The notes under the pieces were generated by a model. It made no database searches. It had not been told where the DNA came from and saw only the letters and a list, made by a program, of their open reading frames with translations. Source: Gammaproteobacteria bacterium (lineage in GTDB: Bacteria > Pseudomonadota > Gammaproteobacteria > Arenicellales > JAJDZL01). Taken from it: DNA of 64,000 bases. The position numbers were made by a program, and so were the translations under genes. The stretch is taken from NCBI GenBank assembly GCA_047517965.1, contig JAKZRU010000017.1, positions 15,122 to 79,121 on the forward strand, in the 5' to 3' direction. Shown here piece by piece: positions 9,954 through 19,376 of this stretch (its first letter is position 1; every line of letters starts with the position of its first letter).

Positions 9954-10909
9954 GGTCGCGACGTCCGCATAGTTCTAAGTCTTGGATTGATCACTAGAGT
10001 CAACAGGTCGGCAAAGAGATTTAGACCGATGTATAGGGTCGCTAGGATCAGGGCGATCGCCTGCACCATCGCGAGGTCACGGAAGAATATCGATTGGACC
10101 ATCAATCGACCAAGTCCGGGATAGTTGAACACGATCTCGATGACGACGGTGCCCCCCAACAACCATGCAATCGTCAAGGCGACAAGGTTGATGGTCGGCA
10201 ACAGGGCGTTCGGCAACACGTGCCTGAACACCATCTGCCAATAGGGAACGCCCTTTAATTGCGCCATCTGGACGTAGTCGCTTGCCATCACGTCGATCAC
10301 GCTGGTACGAACCATTCGCAATATGTGCGCCGTCATGACAAGGGCGAGTGCGACGATCGGCAGTATAATGTCCGACAGGAACTCATATAGCGGCGCGTCA
10401 GGTCGGGTGATTACGATTCCGGGGAGCCATCCGAGCCAGACGCTGAAAATCAAGACTAAAACCGTGGAGCTCACAAACTCCGGGATCGTCATGGCAAAGA
10501 TTGCCGTGGTGGATATCCACAGGTCGGGAGGACGATCTCGGCACAGGGCTGCGATAATCCCAAGCAGGATGGCGAGCGGAACACCTATCATCGACGCGGC
10601 AACGCCGAGGATGACTGTATTGCGGAAACGCGTGCCAACGGTTTCGGAAATCGGCTTCTTGCCCTTTAGGGAGATGCCGAAATCGCCGCGGACCGCGCCG
10701 AAAGCCCATTCGGCGTAGCGTGTCAGGGCAGGACGTTCGAGCCCAAAATCCTGGCGGCAATTCTCCAGCCTCTTCCCCTGGGCCATCCGCCCCAGATAGG
10801 CGGTGCAGGAATCGCCGGGCAGCACCTCAACACCCACGAAGATAATGCCTGAGACAAGCATGATCGTCAAAAAGCCGAGTGCCAATCTGCGGAGAACTAG
10901 CTTGAACAC
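9950..10909 (-). CDS. ABC transporter permease (DppB/OppB-like)
   Basis: 319 aa with the typical N-terminus MFKLVLRRLALGFLTIMLVS and a multi-TM profile. Confidence 0.85.
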   Translation of the reverse strand: MFKLVLRRLALGFLTIMLVSGIIFVGVEVLPGDSCTAYLGRMAQGKRLENCRQDFGLERPALTRYAEWAFGAVRGDFGISLKGKKPISETVGTRFRNTVILGVAASMIGVPLAILLGIIAALCRDRPPDLWISTTAIFAMTIPEFVSSTVLVLIFSVWLGWLPGIVITRPDAPLYEFLSDIILPIVALALVMTAHILRMVRTSVIDVMASDYVQMAQLKGVPYWQMVFRHVLPNALLPTINLVALTIAWLLGGTVVIEIVFNYPGLGRLMVQSIFFRDLAMVQAIALILATLYIGLNLFADLLTLVINPRLRTMRTSRP

Positions 10910-10975
10910 GCCATGCTCCGGTCGTGGTTCAAAGGTGTAGGCGTCGGCTTGGTCGTCACAGCAGTTGCGGCCAGC

Positions 10976-11902
10976 TCAGTACTCGAGCTCCACCCAATAG
11001 GGCCGATGGTCCGATCCATCCGCCGCGGTGTCGACCCATGCGCGCTCTACTTTGTCCCCGAGTTGTGGGCCGACAAAGCAGTAATCCAATCGCAATCCGC
11101 AACCGGGGGAGCGGCCTGGCGGATCGGGCCACCAGGTGATGCAGCCGTCATTGTCGGACCGTTCTCTTGCAACCGCCCAGCTATCGACGAAACGGTCCAA
11201 ATGCTCTACCTGACCGTAGACCGGATCGAAGGTGCCGACCATTCGCTGGAATTCCTCGCTTTCGGACTCGCTGTTGAAATCACCCATCATGACTGTTTCG
11301 TCGGGCATGGGTGGCTGGGACTCACCGTCAGACCAGTCGAAACCGATGAAATCCTCGTACCCGTTCATGATGTCGACGCCCGCATCGCCCGTCCAGACAC
11401 TCCCGTTCAACCGTGCGCGCCGGTGCCATGCGAGTAGGTAGTCGATTTGCAGGAGCCGGTCGCGGGGAGAGACAGCGGAGAGATGGATCGAATAGACCCT
11501 CAGAGGTCCCGAGGGTGCGTCTACCACACACTCGATTGCGCCAGTGTCCATATTAAAGTGCTTCACCGTTCCCAGCTTTGGAAACACGATGAGACGAGAC
11601 GCGAGAATCGGCCAGCGGGAGAGCACCATGGGTCCAAATTGCCGACGCCGATTGAGCACTGTCCCGTCTTCATTGCGTTCACTGGCGTTCATATCGAACG
11701 CGGGACAATAGACCCAGTAGAATTCCTTCAAGTGCCTGCCAAGAATGTTTGGCTGGTCAAGCATGCCGCTCCGTTTCCAAAACCGCTCGACTTCCTGCAA
11801 TCCAATGATGTCGGCATCGCGCACCGTTGTGGCGATGCGCTCAAGATCAATTCGTTGGTCGATGCCCAATCCAAAACGAATATTGTAGCTGACGAGCTTC
11901 AT
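10976..11902 (-). CDS. Endonuclease/exonuclease/phosphatase (EEP) family protein
   Basis: 308 aa. The N-terminal EEP pattern is KLVSYNIRFGLG...DIIGLQEV and the C-terminal pattern is SDHRP. Confidence 0.75.
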   Translation of the reverse strand: MKLVSYNIRFGLGIDQRIDLERIATTVRDADIIGLQEVERFWKRSGMLDQPNILGRHLKEFYWVYCPAFDMNASERNEDGTVLNRRRQFGPMVLSRWPILASRLIVFPKLGTVKHFNMDTGAIECVVDAPSGPLRVYSIHLSAVSPRDRLLQIDYLLAWHRRARLNGSVWTGDAGVDIMNGYEDFIGFDWSDGESQPPMPDETVMMGDFNSESESEEFQRMVGTFDPVYGQVEHLDRFVDSWAVARERSDNDGCITWWPDPPGRSPGCGLRLDYCFVGPQLGDKVERAWVDTAADGSDHRPYWVELEY

Positions 11903-12302
11903 ACCGTCCTCCGTATGGCGTTAATCAAGGTGAGACGCGCGCGACAATCAAGTTAAGGCACATGACATCAGGCAAGGTAGATGTTATCAACCGATTTCGG
12001 GGATTTCAAGGCTTATTTTGAGTTCAACGCATAGCCGATTGATATTCGGTGATTTGAAAGGGGGTTTGACAGGCTTGGAACGGGGACGGAACACAGATAG
12101 GGAAGAGGCTCCGGAATTTGGGGAGCGTCGGCGATCATGGCGGGGCCGTTGCGCTGTTTCTGGTACCGGGCCCACGCATCTTGCCGCCGATAGCTTTCGA
12201 CATTCATCTTAAGAATGATGCACCAAGTGGTCGATGGCGGCCACGACGGTGAACTCGACCGACAACTCACAACCATACACCTAGCGTGAAATAGCCCTAA
12301 CC

Positions 12303-12357
12303 CCGCCCCCGATTACCCCCCATTTCGAGAATGGTTTGGCTGATCGGGAGGGGGCGG
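12303..12357 (-). terminator. GC-rich extended stem-loop downstream of the binding-protein gene (possible terminator/attenuator)
   Basis: CCGCCCCC...GGGGGCGG outer arms with inner pairings CCCGAT/ATCGGG and CCATT/AATGG. The trailing T-run is weak. Confidence 0.35.
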
Positions 12358-12385
12358 AACCGAGTCCACATAGGTGGAAACTGCT

Positions 12386-13885
12386 TTAGTCGCTTACGTG
12401 CACAAGGTGATAGCGGACGGCGTCTGCAAACACCGCTTGCATGCCCGAAACTCTGGCGGTCGTAGCAATGGCCTGGTTTACGTGGAAGGGGATCAACGAT
12501 CCGCCCTCCTCGTATAGTATCCTCTGGAGTTGATGGTACAGATCCCTACGTTTCTCGAAGTCGAGCTCCTTCCGCGCCTTGTCCAGCATCTCGTCGAAAT
12601 CGGGACGGTTCCAGTATGTTTCGTTCCAGGGCGCACCGCCGCGGTAGTCTTCGTTTAGAATCTGATCGGCGGGCCGCTGGCCCCATCTAGTGGTTACTAC
12701 TGGCTCCTTCCTCCAGACTTCCGACCAATATCCGTCCGATGGGGCCATTATTATGTTGACCTTGATGCCAGCCTTCGCGACCTGTTGTTGATACACTTCC
12801 GCCAGTGTTATGAACCTGGGATCGATATTGCTGGTGGTGAGGTCAAACTCGATGCCGTCGGCATAACCGGCTTCGGCGAGCAGTCGCTTGGCCTCCTCCA
12901 CCTGCGGTTGGCAATCGAACGGCGCGCGATATTGATCGCCCGTCCACACCGGGTGATCACACGTCACGATACCGCCGCCGGGGCCCAGAACAAGGTCGAC
13001 TAGGGCTTGACGATCGGTTGCTATTCGCAACGCCTTGCGGAGGCGGGCATCGGTGAAAGGCTCAGTGTCGGTTCGGAAGACGATGCCCAGCCAATCGCCT
13101 GTGGGCACGCTCTGCACCTTAAACTTCGGGTTGCTCTCAAAGAGCGCTAACTGTTGTCCGGACAGGTCACCGTAACCGAGCACGTCGATCTGGCCACCGA
13201 GCAACGCTTGCACGCGCGCCTGCGCATCCGCGATTCCGATGATTTCAATGGTCTCGACGCCCGGCGGCCCCTCCCAATAGTCGGGATTCGCCTTCAGGAC
13301 GGTTGTCCCTTCAGGATCGAGCGTAACCAGAATGAAAGGCCCGGTTCCGATACCCGTCGTTCCGATGGTGTCCGCCGAACCTTCCGGGATCATCCGAATG
13401 CGATAATCCATCAGCTGCAACGGGAGATCCGCGTAAGGTGCCGAGAGCGTCATCTTGACGGTCAACCGGTCGACGGCCGCTATCGTTTCTACCATCGCGA
13501 TGACCGACGCAGCCGGCGAATCGAATTCGGGGTCTCGGATGTGTTCCAACGAATAAACCACGTCGGCTGCCTCGAGGTCGGAACCATCGTGGAATTTGAC
13601 TCCTTCACGCAACTTGAAAGTCCATTCGGTTGCGGCCTCGTTTGCCGACCACTCCGTTGCCAAATTCGGCTCCGGCTCTCCGCTCTCGGCTGGACGAACC
13701 AGGCGGCTCATCGTTTTCTCGGTGACTTGCCAGAAGCGACCCTTAGAAGCCGGGTCGACATCTACCTGCCCCGCGCCAAACCCAAGGTCGTGGGATTGGC
13801 GGAATGTCCCGCTCTGGGCATGGGCCAGCGTTATTGACGACACCGCAATGGTGACTGCTGTAAAGAAAATGCCCAATCTAGTCAT
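12386..13885 (-). CDS. ABC transporter substrate-binding protein, family 5 (peptide/nickel)
   Basis: 499 aa with a signal peptide (MTRLGIFFTAVTIAVSSITLAHAQ). Length and composition are SBP_bac_5-like. It lies upstream of the permease genes. Confidence 0.8.
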   Translation of the reverse strand: MTRLGIFFTAVTIAVSSITLAHAQSGTFRQSHDLGFGAGQVDVDPASKGRFWQVTEKTMSRLVRPAESGEPEPNLATEWSANEAATEWTFKLREGVKFHDGSDLEAADVVYSLEHIRDPEFDSPAASVIAMVETIAAVDRLTVKMTLSAPYADLPLQLMDYRIRMIPEGSADTIGTTGIGTGPFILVTLDPEGTTVLKANPDYWEGPPGVETIEIIGIADAQARVQALLGGQIDVLGYGDLSGQQLALFESNPKFKVQSVPTGDWLGIVFRTDTEPFTDARLRKALRIATDRQALVDLVLGPGGGIVTCDHPVWTGDQYRAPFDCQPQVEEAKRLLAEAGYADGIEFDLTTSNIDPRFITLAEVYQQQVAKAGIKVNIIMAPSDGYWSEVWRKEPVVTTRWGQRPADQILNEDYRGGAPWNETYWNRPDFDEMLDKARKELDFEKRRDLYHQLQRILYEEGGSLIPFHVNQAIATTARVSGMQAVFADAVRYHLVHVSD

Positions 13886-14290
13886 GATAACCTCCTTGTA
13901 CTGGATTCAAATTCATCTTCATCCTACATTTCGCGGATGATTCCTCTCGGACAAATTCAGTATAGCACGATTAGCCTCAGTGTCCGGATTCGTGGATTTT
14001 GTGCTGTAAGGTTTTTCGGGGAGTTTATCGGCCGGTTCGGTGTTCACGGACAAGCGGAGGGAGTATTTCGGGGGGCGTATGCTGCGGATTCGCGTTGAAG
14101 TTCGATACCGGGGCGGTGTTTTCACCGGTTGCGCGGACGGCGCGCGGATTGATGGCGAACCGGTTCCTCGGCGCGAAACGGCCGATGTCGCGCGGATCTT
14201 GGTTAGGCGGCGGAACGCATCAGCGAGCGCCGTCCGCCGGGGTGTCCGGCTCGGACATGTCCGAGCACCAGCGCTATCATCACGGCGACC

Positions 14291-14819
14291 GCCAGCGATT
14301 TGTCCCTGCTCGATATCACTTACAGTGTCTCCAATCATACAGGCCTTGTCCAACCTACTCCCATTTCCCTGAATAATGGACTTGATTTTCACCGACTAGG
14401 CTCCTGGCATATCGCCACCGGCAATTTGTTGGACGAACTGTTCAATCCCGTAATTCTGGAGAACTTTGGAAATTACCGGTCTTGATGTCGCGGACACAAT
14501 CCCCAGACTTCCTACCATACTGAGTATTTCGATCACATCCGTCATGTGCGGAAACATCGGAATCTTATGGCCCTGCGATTCAGTTCATCGTCAATTTCCA
14601 TAACAAATGTGCGCATCAGTTTTTTCTCGATGCCAGCAACATCACTGATTTCCAGAATGGACATACGTTTGATATTTCTCAAATCATCCGGCTCGAAGGA
14701 AACGTTTCGAAGGAAACGTTTCGATTCAGTTTTCTACCGGCAACGTTGACAGCCTCGGAAAACAATTCGATCGAGTCTACGATTACTCCATCGAAATCAA
14801 GGAGAATAGTTGAATTCAC
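14291..14819 (-). pseudogene. Truncated, frameshifted 5' copy of the HAD hydrolase gene
   Basis: It has the same GTG start context as 6822. It lacks the last ~50 codons. There is a 1-nt deletion near 14565 and a 14-bp tandem duplication, GAAGGAAACGTTTC x2, at 14695-14722. The reading frame is broken. Confidence 0.85.
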
Positions 14820-14885
14820 AAAATTATCTAGCTTAAATGATCGACTTCAATCCGTATGAACTGCTATCAGCTATCACCACAACGA
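14291..14885. repeat. Direct repeat copy 2
   Basis: See copy 1. The offset between copies is 7984 bp at the left end and 7997 bp at the right end. The difference is +14 for the duplication and -1 for the deletion. Confidence 0.9.
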
Positions 14886-14928
14886 AAGTACAGAGACTAG
14901 TCTGTTCGTGGTTGAGCAGCCGCGATGT

Positions 14929-16236
14929 CTACAGCGAATCACTGCTTCGCTGGTATAAACGTCGACCCATACTCCAGGTTTCCTTGACATTTTGTGCGCT
15001 CCCCAATATGACATACGTAAACAACAGCTCCTCAATCGATTTCGATCGCTCCAGCTTTTGTTGAATCAGTTTACTTCCGCCAGAATCGAGTACAACAAAA
15101 TCAGCCTCTTTACCGGAATCAAAGCTTCCTACATGTTCGTCAATGTGAAGTGCGCGCGCGCCTCCGAGCGTGGCGAGATAAAACAACTCAAACGCATCCA
15201 GATTTTCCCCACCCAAGCGCGCTACTTTGTACATCTCCTGCATCGTCTGTAACATGGAAAAACTGGTGCCACCACCAACATCGGTTCCAAGAGAAATCGG
15301 AATTCCATGCTCAGCCAACAGATTCGGCTGAGCCAGTCCACTCCCCAGAAACAAGTTTGACGTAGGGCAAAGAGAAGCCGTTGCACCAAAATCCGCCAGT
15401 CTTTCACATTCTGATTCGCTAAGGTGGATGCAGTGCGCAAAAATCGAATGCTCAGAAACCAGCCCAAATCCTTCGTAGATGGCTAGGTAATCCTGATACT
15501 CGTGATACAGACTCAACACCCACTTAATTTCCGCAAGAGTTTCCGACAGATGCGTATGAAACAACATCTCGGGGTAACGATTGACGAGTTCTGTACAGAT
15601 TTTCATTTGCTCAACTGTCGAAGTACATGCAAATCGCAGCGTAATCGCGTATGACTGGCGTCCATTGCCATGCCACTTCTGAATGAGCCGCTCGGAGTCC
15701 CCCATCCCGAAATCTTCACCGTCCAACAGACCAACCGGTGCATTGCAGTTCATCAACACTTTTCCCGCAAGCATCCGCAATCCAAGGCGATGCGATTCTT
15801 CGAAAAACAGATTGCACGAATCCGCGTGAACCGTGGGGTATGCCAAAGCACTGGTCGTTCCGTTCCGAAGTAGTTCATCAAGAAATTCTACAGCCACCTG
15901 TGAGGCATAATCCTGATCTCCAAATCGAAGTTCTTCCGGGAAGGTATGGTTTTCCAACCACTCCAGCAAGCCGGGAGCAGGTGACCCGATAATTCGGGTT
16001 TGGGCATAGTGGATATGTGTATCTACGAATCCAGGGCAAATCAGACACTCGGGATACTCGTAGACTGGCATCGCATTCTCAATCGACCGAATGCATTCAT
16101 CGGCAGGCGAAATTTGCTTGATCCGACCATCGGCAACAACCATCAAACCATCGTCCAGAAAGATCCACGCATTGGAATCTTTCGCGGGATTTGCCGTGGT
16201 GTGGAATATTGGTCCACGAACTGCAAATTCTTTCAT
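14929..16236 (-). CDS. guaD: Guanine deaminase
   Basis: 435-aa amidohydrolase with the pattern PGFVDTHIHYAQ and an overall guanine-deaminase-like sequence. It sits in a purine-catabolism neighbourhood. Confidence 0.85.
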   Translation of the reverse strand: MKEFAVRGPIFHTTANPAKDSNAWIFLDDGLMVVADGRIKQISPADECIRSIENAMPVYEYPECLICPGFVDTHIHYAQTRIIGSPAPGLLEWLENHTFPEELRFGDQDYASQVAVEFLDELLRNGTTSALAYPTVHADSCNLFFEESHRLGLRMLAGKVLMNCNAPVGLLDGEDFGMGDSERLIQKWHGNGRQSYAITLRFACTSTVEQMKICTELVNRYPEMLFHTHLSETLAEIKWVLSLYHEYQDYLAIYEGFGLVSEHSIFAHCIHLSESECERLADFGATASLCPTSNLFLGSGLAQPNLLAEHGIPISLGTDVGGGTSFSMLQTMQEMYKVARLGGENLDAFELFYLATLGGARALHIDEHVGSFDSGKEADFVVLDSGGSKLIQQKLERSKSIEELLFTYVILGSAQNVKETWSMGRRLYQRSSDSL

Positions 16237-16325
16237 GTCCTTCGCTGCAATCCGTACGCAATTCGGGGGCGCTGCACAGCAAACGCCCCCAAATTCAGTT
16301 TAGTGCAAGTAGAAGTGCTAAAGAG

Positions 16326-17402
16326 TTAGTTCGGAACCGACCCGTCAACACCCATGACGTAGTAATCCATGCCGAGCAATTCTCCATCGCTCATTACCGC
16401 GCCTGCCGCCACAACTTCATTGCCTGCCTGATCCATGATCGGACCGGTAAACGGATGAATCTCACCGGAGCGAATGCCTTCCACAGTCGCTTTTGCATCA
16501 GCAACCACATCGGCGGGAAGCGTTTCCTCATTTAACACCGAAGCATTAACCATTCCCGCGGTAATGCCATCCCAAACATCCTGCGACTTCCAAGTGCCGT
16601 CCATCGCTGCGCGAGTTCGCTCCACATAGTAGGGCGCCCAGTTGTTCACGATTGCATTGATGTGTGCAGTTGGTGCAAAGGCATGCATATTGGAAGCCTG
16701 CCCAAATCCAAGCACACCGCGCTCTTCTGCTACCTGAAGTGGTGCTGGCGAGTCTGTGTGCTGTGTTATCACGTCTGCACCCTGGTCAATCAAGGCTTTG
16801 GCTGCATCGCCTTCTTTACCCGGATCGAACCAAGTGCTTACCCAAACCACCTTGACCTTTGCATCCGGATTTACGCTGTGCAATCCTAATGTAAATGAGT
16901 TGATACCGCGGACAACTTCAGGAATTGGAAAGGATGCAATGTATCCAACCGTGTTGGTCTTGGTCACTGCACCCGCAATTCGTCCATTTACGTAGCGTCC
17001 TTCGTAAAATCGCGCGTTATAGGTTGCGACATTGTCAGCTCGCTTATAGCCGGTTGCATGCTCAAAATACACATCTGGGAACATCTTGGCAATCTTGACA
17101 GTCGGATTCATGTAACCGAATGATGTCGTAAATATTAGTTTGTGACCGTCCGCGGCAAGCTGGCGAATGACGCGTTCCGCATCCTGCCCTTCAGGCACAA
17201 ATTCAACAAATGTGGTCCGAACCTTATCGCCGAACTCTTCGTCAATTGCCAGTCGTCCCTCATTGTGCTGATATGTCCATCCGTGATCACCAACCGGACC
17301 GATATAGACAAACCCGACTTTTAGCGGTTCAGCTGAAACTGCTCCGGTAGCAGCCATAAGGCCAGCGAAAATTGCCAAAGTTGCAAATAGTAATCGTCTC
17401 AT
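16326..17402 (-). CDS. BMP-family (basic membrane protein/PnrA-like) purine-nucleoside ABC substrate-binding protein
   Basis: 358 aa with a signal peptide and the pattern KVGFVYIGPVGDHGWTYQHN typical of BMP/Med family binding proteins. Confidence 0.85.
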   Translation of the reverse strand: MRRLLFATLAIFAGLMAATGAVSAEPLKVGFVYIGPVGDHGWTYQHNEGRLAIDEEFGDKVRTTFVEFVPEGQDAERVIRQLAADGHKLIFTTSFGYMNPTVKIAKMFPDVYFEHATGYKRADNVATYNARFYEGRYVNGRIAGAVTKTNTVGYIASFPIPEVVRGINSFTLGLHSVNPDAKVKVVWVSTWFDPGKEGDAAKALIDQGADVITQHTDSPAPLQVAEERGVLGFGQASNMHAFAPTAHINAIVNNWAPYYVERTRAAMDGTWKSQDVWDGITAGMVNASVLNEETLPADVVADAKATVEGIRSGEIHPFTGPIMDQAGNEVVAAGAVMSDGELLGMDYYVMGVDGSVPN

Positions 17403-17685
17403 ACTCTTCTCCCTATTGTTTGTTCAAGATTAACTATAAATAAATTAACTAAATTAAATTTGCAGCATTTTGCCATTCCACTATGAATTGAATTTTTATA
17501 TTGGCACGCAAATAGAATTTCTAGTGGAAATTGTAACATTAACAATCTTCACAGCAAACACTACCCGTGCTCGAACTTGTGGTTGTTATGGTTGACGGGT
17601 TTATCATTGAGTTAGCTGTGGACAAAAGCATCAAATAGGTTCACATCATTTACATCCAATTGTCTATTGAGACAGGAGAAAGTAA

Positions 17686-18525
17686 ATGGACAAGTTACAA
17701 AACTGGGAAGCGCCTTTAGTGAATTCTGTGACAGGTCTGCTTAACGATTTCATTGCATATCTGCCTCAGATTATCGGTGCCATACTGTTATTGATTTTCG
17801 GATGGCTGGTAGCGCGGCTGGCACGAGGAATCGCCACCCGACTGGTAAAGGGTTTAGACCGATTTACAGGGCTAGTTCGAAAATCCAGTACAACTGCTCG
17901 CCCAAAAATCGGTGAATCCTCCGCATCCGTTATTGGCAATATTGTCTACTGGATCACGATTCTGATTTTCGTGACCTCAGCGGCCAGCCTGCTAGGCATG
18001 AACATGTTCGTGGGATGGTTGAACAAACTCGTTGATCATCTGCCCAACATCCTATCGGGCGTCTTGATTATCTGTGCCGGTGTAATTTTTGGCAATCTTG
18101 CCTATCAGGTCATTTCATCAACTACACTGAACATGTCAGTCTCTCAACGCATGATTCTGGCTCGATGCGCTCAATTTTTCACTCTGGTCATGCTCATATT
18201 GATCGGTGTTGATCAGATTGGGGTCGATATCACTGCAGTCATCACAATTATGTCGGTTGTTGTAGGCGCCGTCTTGGGCGGTTTGGCTATTGCATTTGGG
18301 ATTGGCGCTCGTAGGCTTGTTAGCAACTTGCTTGGTGTTCGTTATCTGAATCGAAATTACCAAGTCGGTGAACGCATAAAAATTGAAGAGTTTGAAGGCA
18401 CCATACTTGAAATCGCTTCCGTTGCTGTCGTCCTCGATACCGACCAAGGGCGCGTATCTATTCCGGCAAAACATTTTTCGGAGCAGCCAAGTATTCTTGT
18501 CAAACAGGAGAATGACGATGTCTGA
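17686..18525 (+). CDS. MscS-like small membrane protein (conserved-TM-helix repeats plus a beta-domain-like C-terminus)
   Basis: 279 aa with several TM segments. The C-terminal sequence GERIKIEEFEGTILEIASVAVVLDTDQGRVSIPAKHF resembles the MscS beta-domain. Confidence 0.55.
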   Translation: MDKLQNWEAPLVNSVTGLLNDFIAYLPQIIGAILLLIFGWLVARLARGIATRLVKGLDRFTGLVRKSSTTARPKIGESSASVIGNIVYWITILIFVTSAASLLGMNMFVGWLNKLVDHLPNILSGVLIICAGVIFGNLAYQVISSTTLNMSVSQRMILARCAQFFTLVMLILIGVDQIGVDITAVITIMSVVVGAVLGGLAIAFGIGARRLVSNLLGVRYLNRNYQVGERIKIEEFEGTILEIASVAVVLDTDQGRVSIPAKHFSEQPSILVKQENDDV

Positions 18526-19345
18526 ACGAATTGCGTTTGCTGAACATTTCATCCAGACCCATAGTCAGAATGCAGCACGGGTTATGGAGGAACTTTCGGC
18601 CGAAGTTGTGAGCAGTTTCATAGGGGCAATCCCTGATTCTATCAGCCTGTCGGCTTTGACATCGATGTTGCCCTATCACGCTGCCAAGTGTCTGGAGACA
18701 ATGCCACGAGATACCGCAGCGAAATATCTCGCGCAAATGAATCCGAAGCAAGCTGCGAGCATTTTAAGACAGTCAATCGAGGCGACCAGGACAGAGCTGA
18801 TACATTCACTACCTCGCCTTCAAGCATCGCGACTTTCTCGCCTACTGAGTTACCCCCGGACGCTGGTCGGAGCCTGGATGGACCCTGTCATTCTGTCTTT
18901 ACCAGTTGAAACTCATGTTGGCGAGGCAAAAAAACGCATATTTACCGAAAAGTATGACTACCGAATTATTTTCATAGTTGATTTCGACAATCGGGTTGTC
19001 GGTTCAGTTTCTCTGGTCGAATTACTGAAGTTCAGCAAAGACCAAGCATCGATAAATGACATTAGACAAAGTAAGGCAAATCCGATATTTGCATCAACGA
19101 CATTAGACCGTGCCATCAACGCAGACGGCTGGAGCGACAGCGATGTTCTACCAGTAATAGATCGAGAGGAGAAATTAGTCGGTGTTTTGCGTTTTGCCGA
19201 CTTACGCGATGCATTGAATAGACCGTCTCTTGACGTTCATACCAGCGAGGACAGCAACAATCTTGTCAACATTACTGAAATCTGCTGCCTGCGCCTGGCG
19301 GATTTAATAGTGACGACGCTAGCCAAAGAAAAAGTGCAAATCTAG
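18518..19345 (+). CDS. Soluble MgtE-N plus CBS-pair protein (MgtE cytoplasmic-domain paralogue with no membrane domain)
   Basis: Start chosen at MSERIAF (ATG 18518, with AGGAGA 6 nt upstream). It overlaps the upstream stop by 8 nt. LSYPRTLVGAWMDP resembles the MgtE linker/CBS entry. No TM segments. Confidence 0.7.
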   Translation: MSERIAFAEHFIQTHSQNAARVMEELSAEVVSSFIGAIPDSISLSALTSMLPYHAAKCLETMPRDTAAKYLAQMNPKQAASILRQSIEATRTELIHSLPRLQASRLSRLLSYPRTLVGAWMDPVILSLPVETHVGEAKKRIFTEKYDYRIIFIVDFDNRVVGSVSLVELLKFSKDQASINDIRQSKANPIFASTTLDRAINADGWSDSDVLPVIDREEKLVGVLRFADLRDALNRPSLDVHTSEDSNNLVNITEICCLRLADLIVTTLAKEKVQI

Positions 19346-19376
19346 CGAATTCAACTCGAATGGAGGTGATCAAATT

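Larger units (their letters stand above)
6889..14290. other. Compositionally foreign GC-rich segment (7.4 kb) bracketed by the HAD direct repeats
   Basis: A hand count of line 7201-7260 gives 67% GC, against 42% for line 6601-6660 in the flank. The change in composition coincides with the repeat ends at 6888/6889 and 14290/14291. Confidence 0.8.

Noticed and set aside
6942-13940. Many long ORFs antisense to or overlapping the ABC transporter genes. Examples are 6979-7491, 7615-8241, 8302-8739, 9508-9972, 10323-10718, 10913-11437, 11447-11956, 13154-13837 and 13596-13940.
   Set aside because: These are shadow ORFs typical of GC-rich DNA. Their products are Arg/Pro/Ala-rich low-complexity strings with no family signatures. 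Each is fully covered by a well-supported gene on the other strand.
13919-14392. 157-aa minus-strand ORF spanning the right junction of the GC-rich block.
   Set aside because: It is chimeric. The first ~35 residues are the HAD pseudogene frame (KIKSIIQG...GDTVSDIEQGQIAG). The frame then runs by chance into GC-rich non-coding DNA.
17495-17530. The string TATATTGGCACGCAAATAGAATTTCTAGTGG resembles part of the purine riboswitch (GGCACGCAAGUUUCUAC), in a purine-catabolism neighbourhood.
   Set aside because: The 5' strand of P2, the whole P3 hairpin and P1 are missing. It also faces the mscS-like/mgtE operon, not the purine genes. It is more likely part of a 12-bp imperfect inverted repeat (17478-17489 and 17516-17527) in a divergent promoter.
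18383-18517. Upstream extension of the MgtE-N/CBS ORF (MKSLKAPYLK...).
   Set aside because: It lies entirely inside the preceding MscS-like gene in another frame. A good RBS precedes the internal ATG at 18518.
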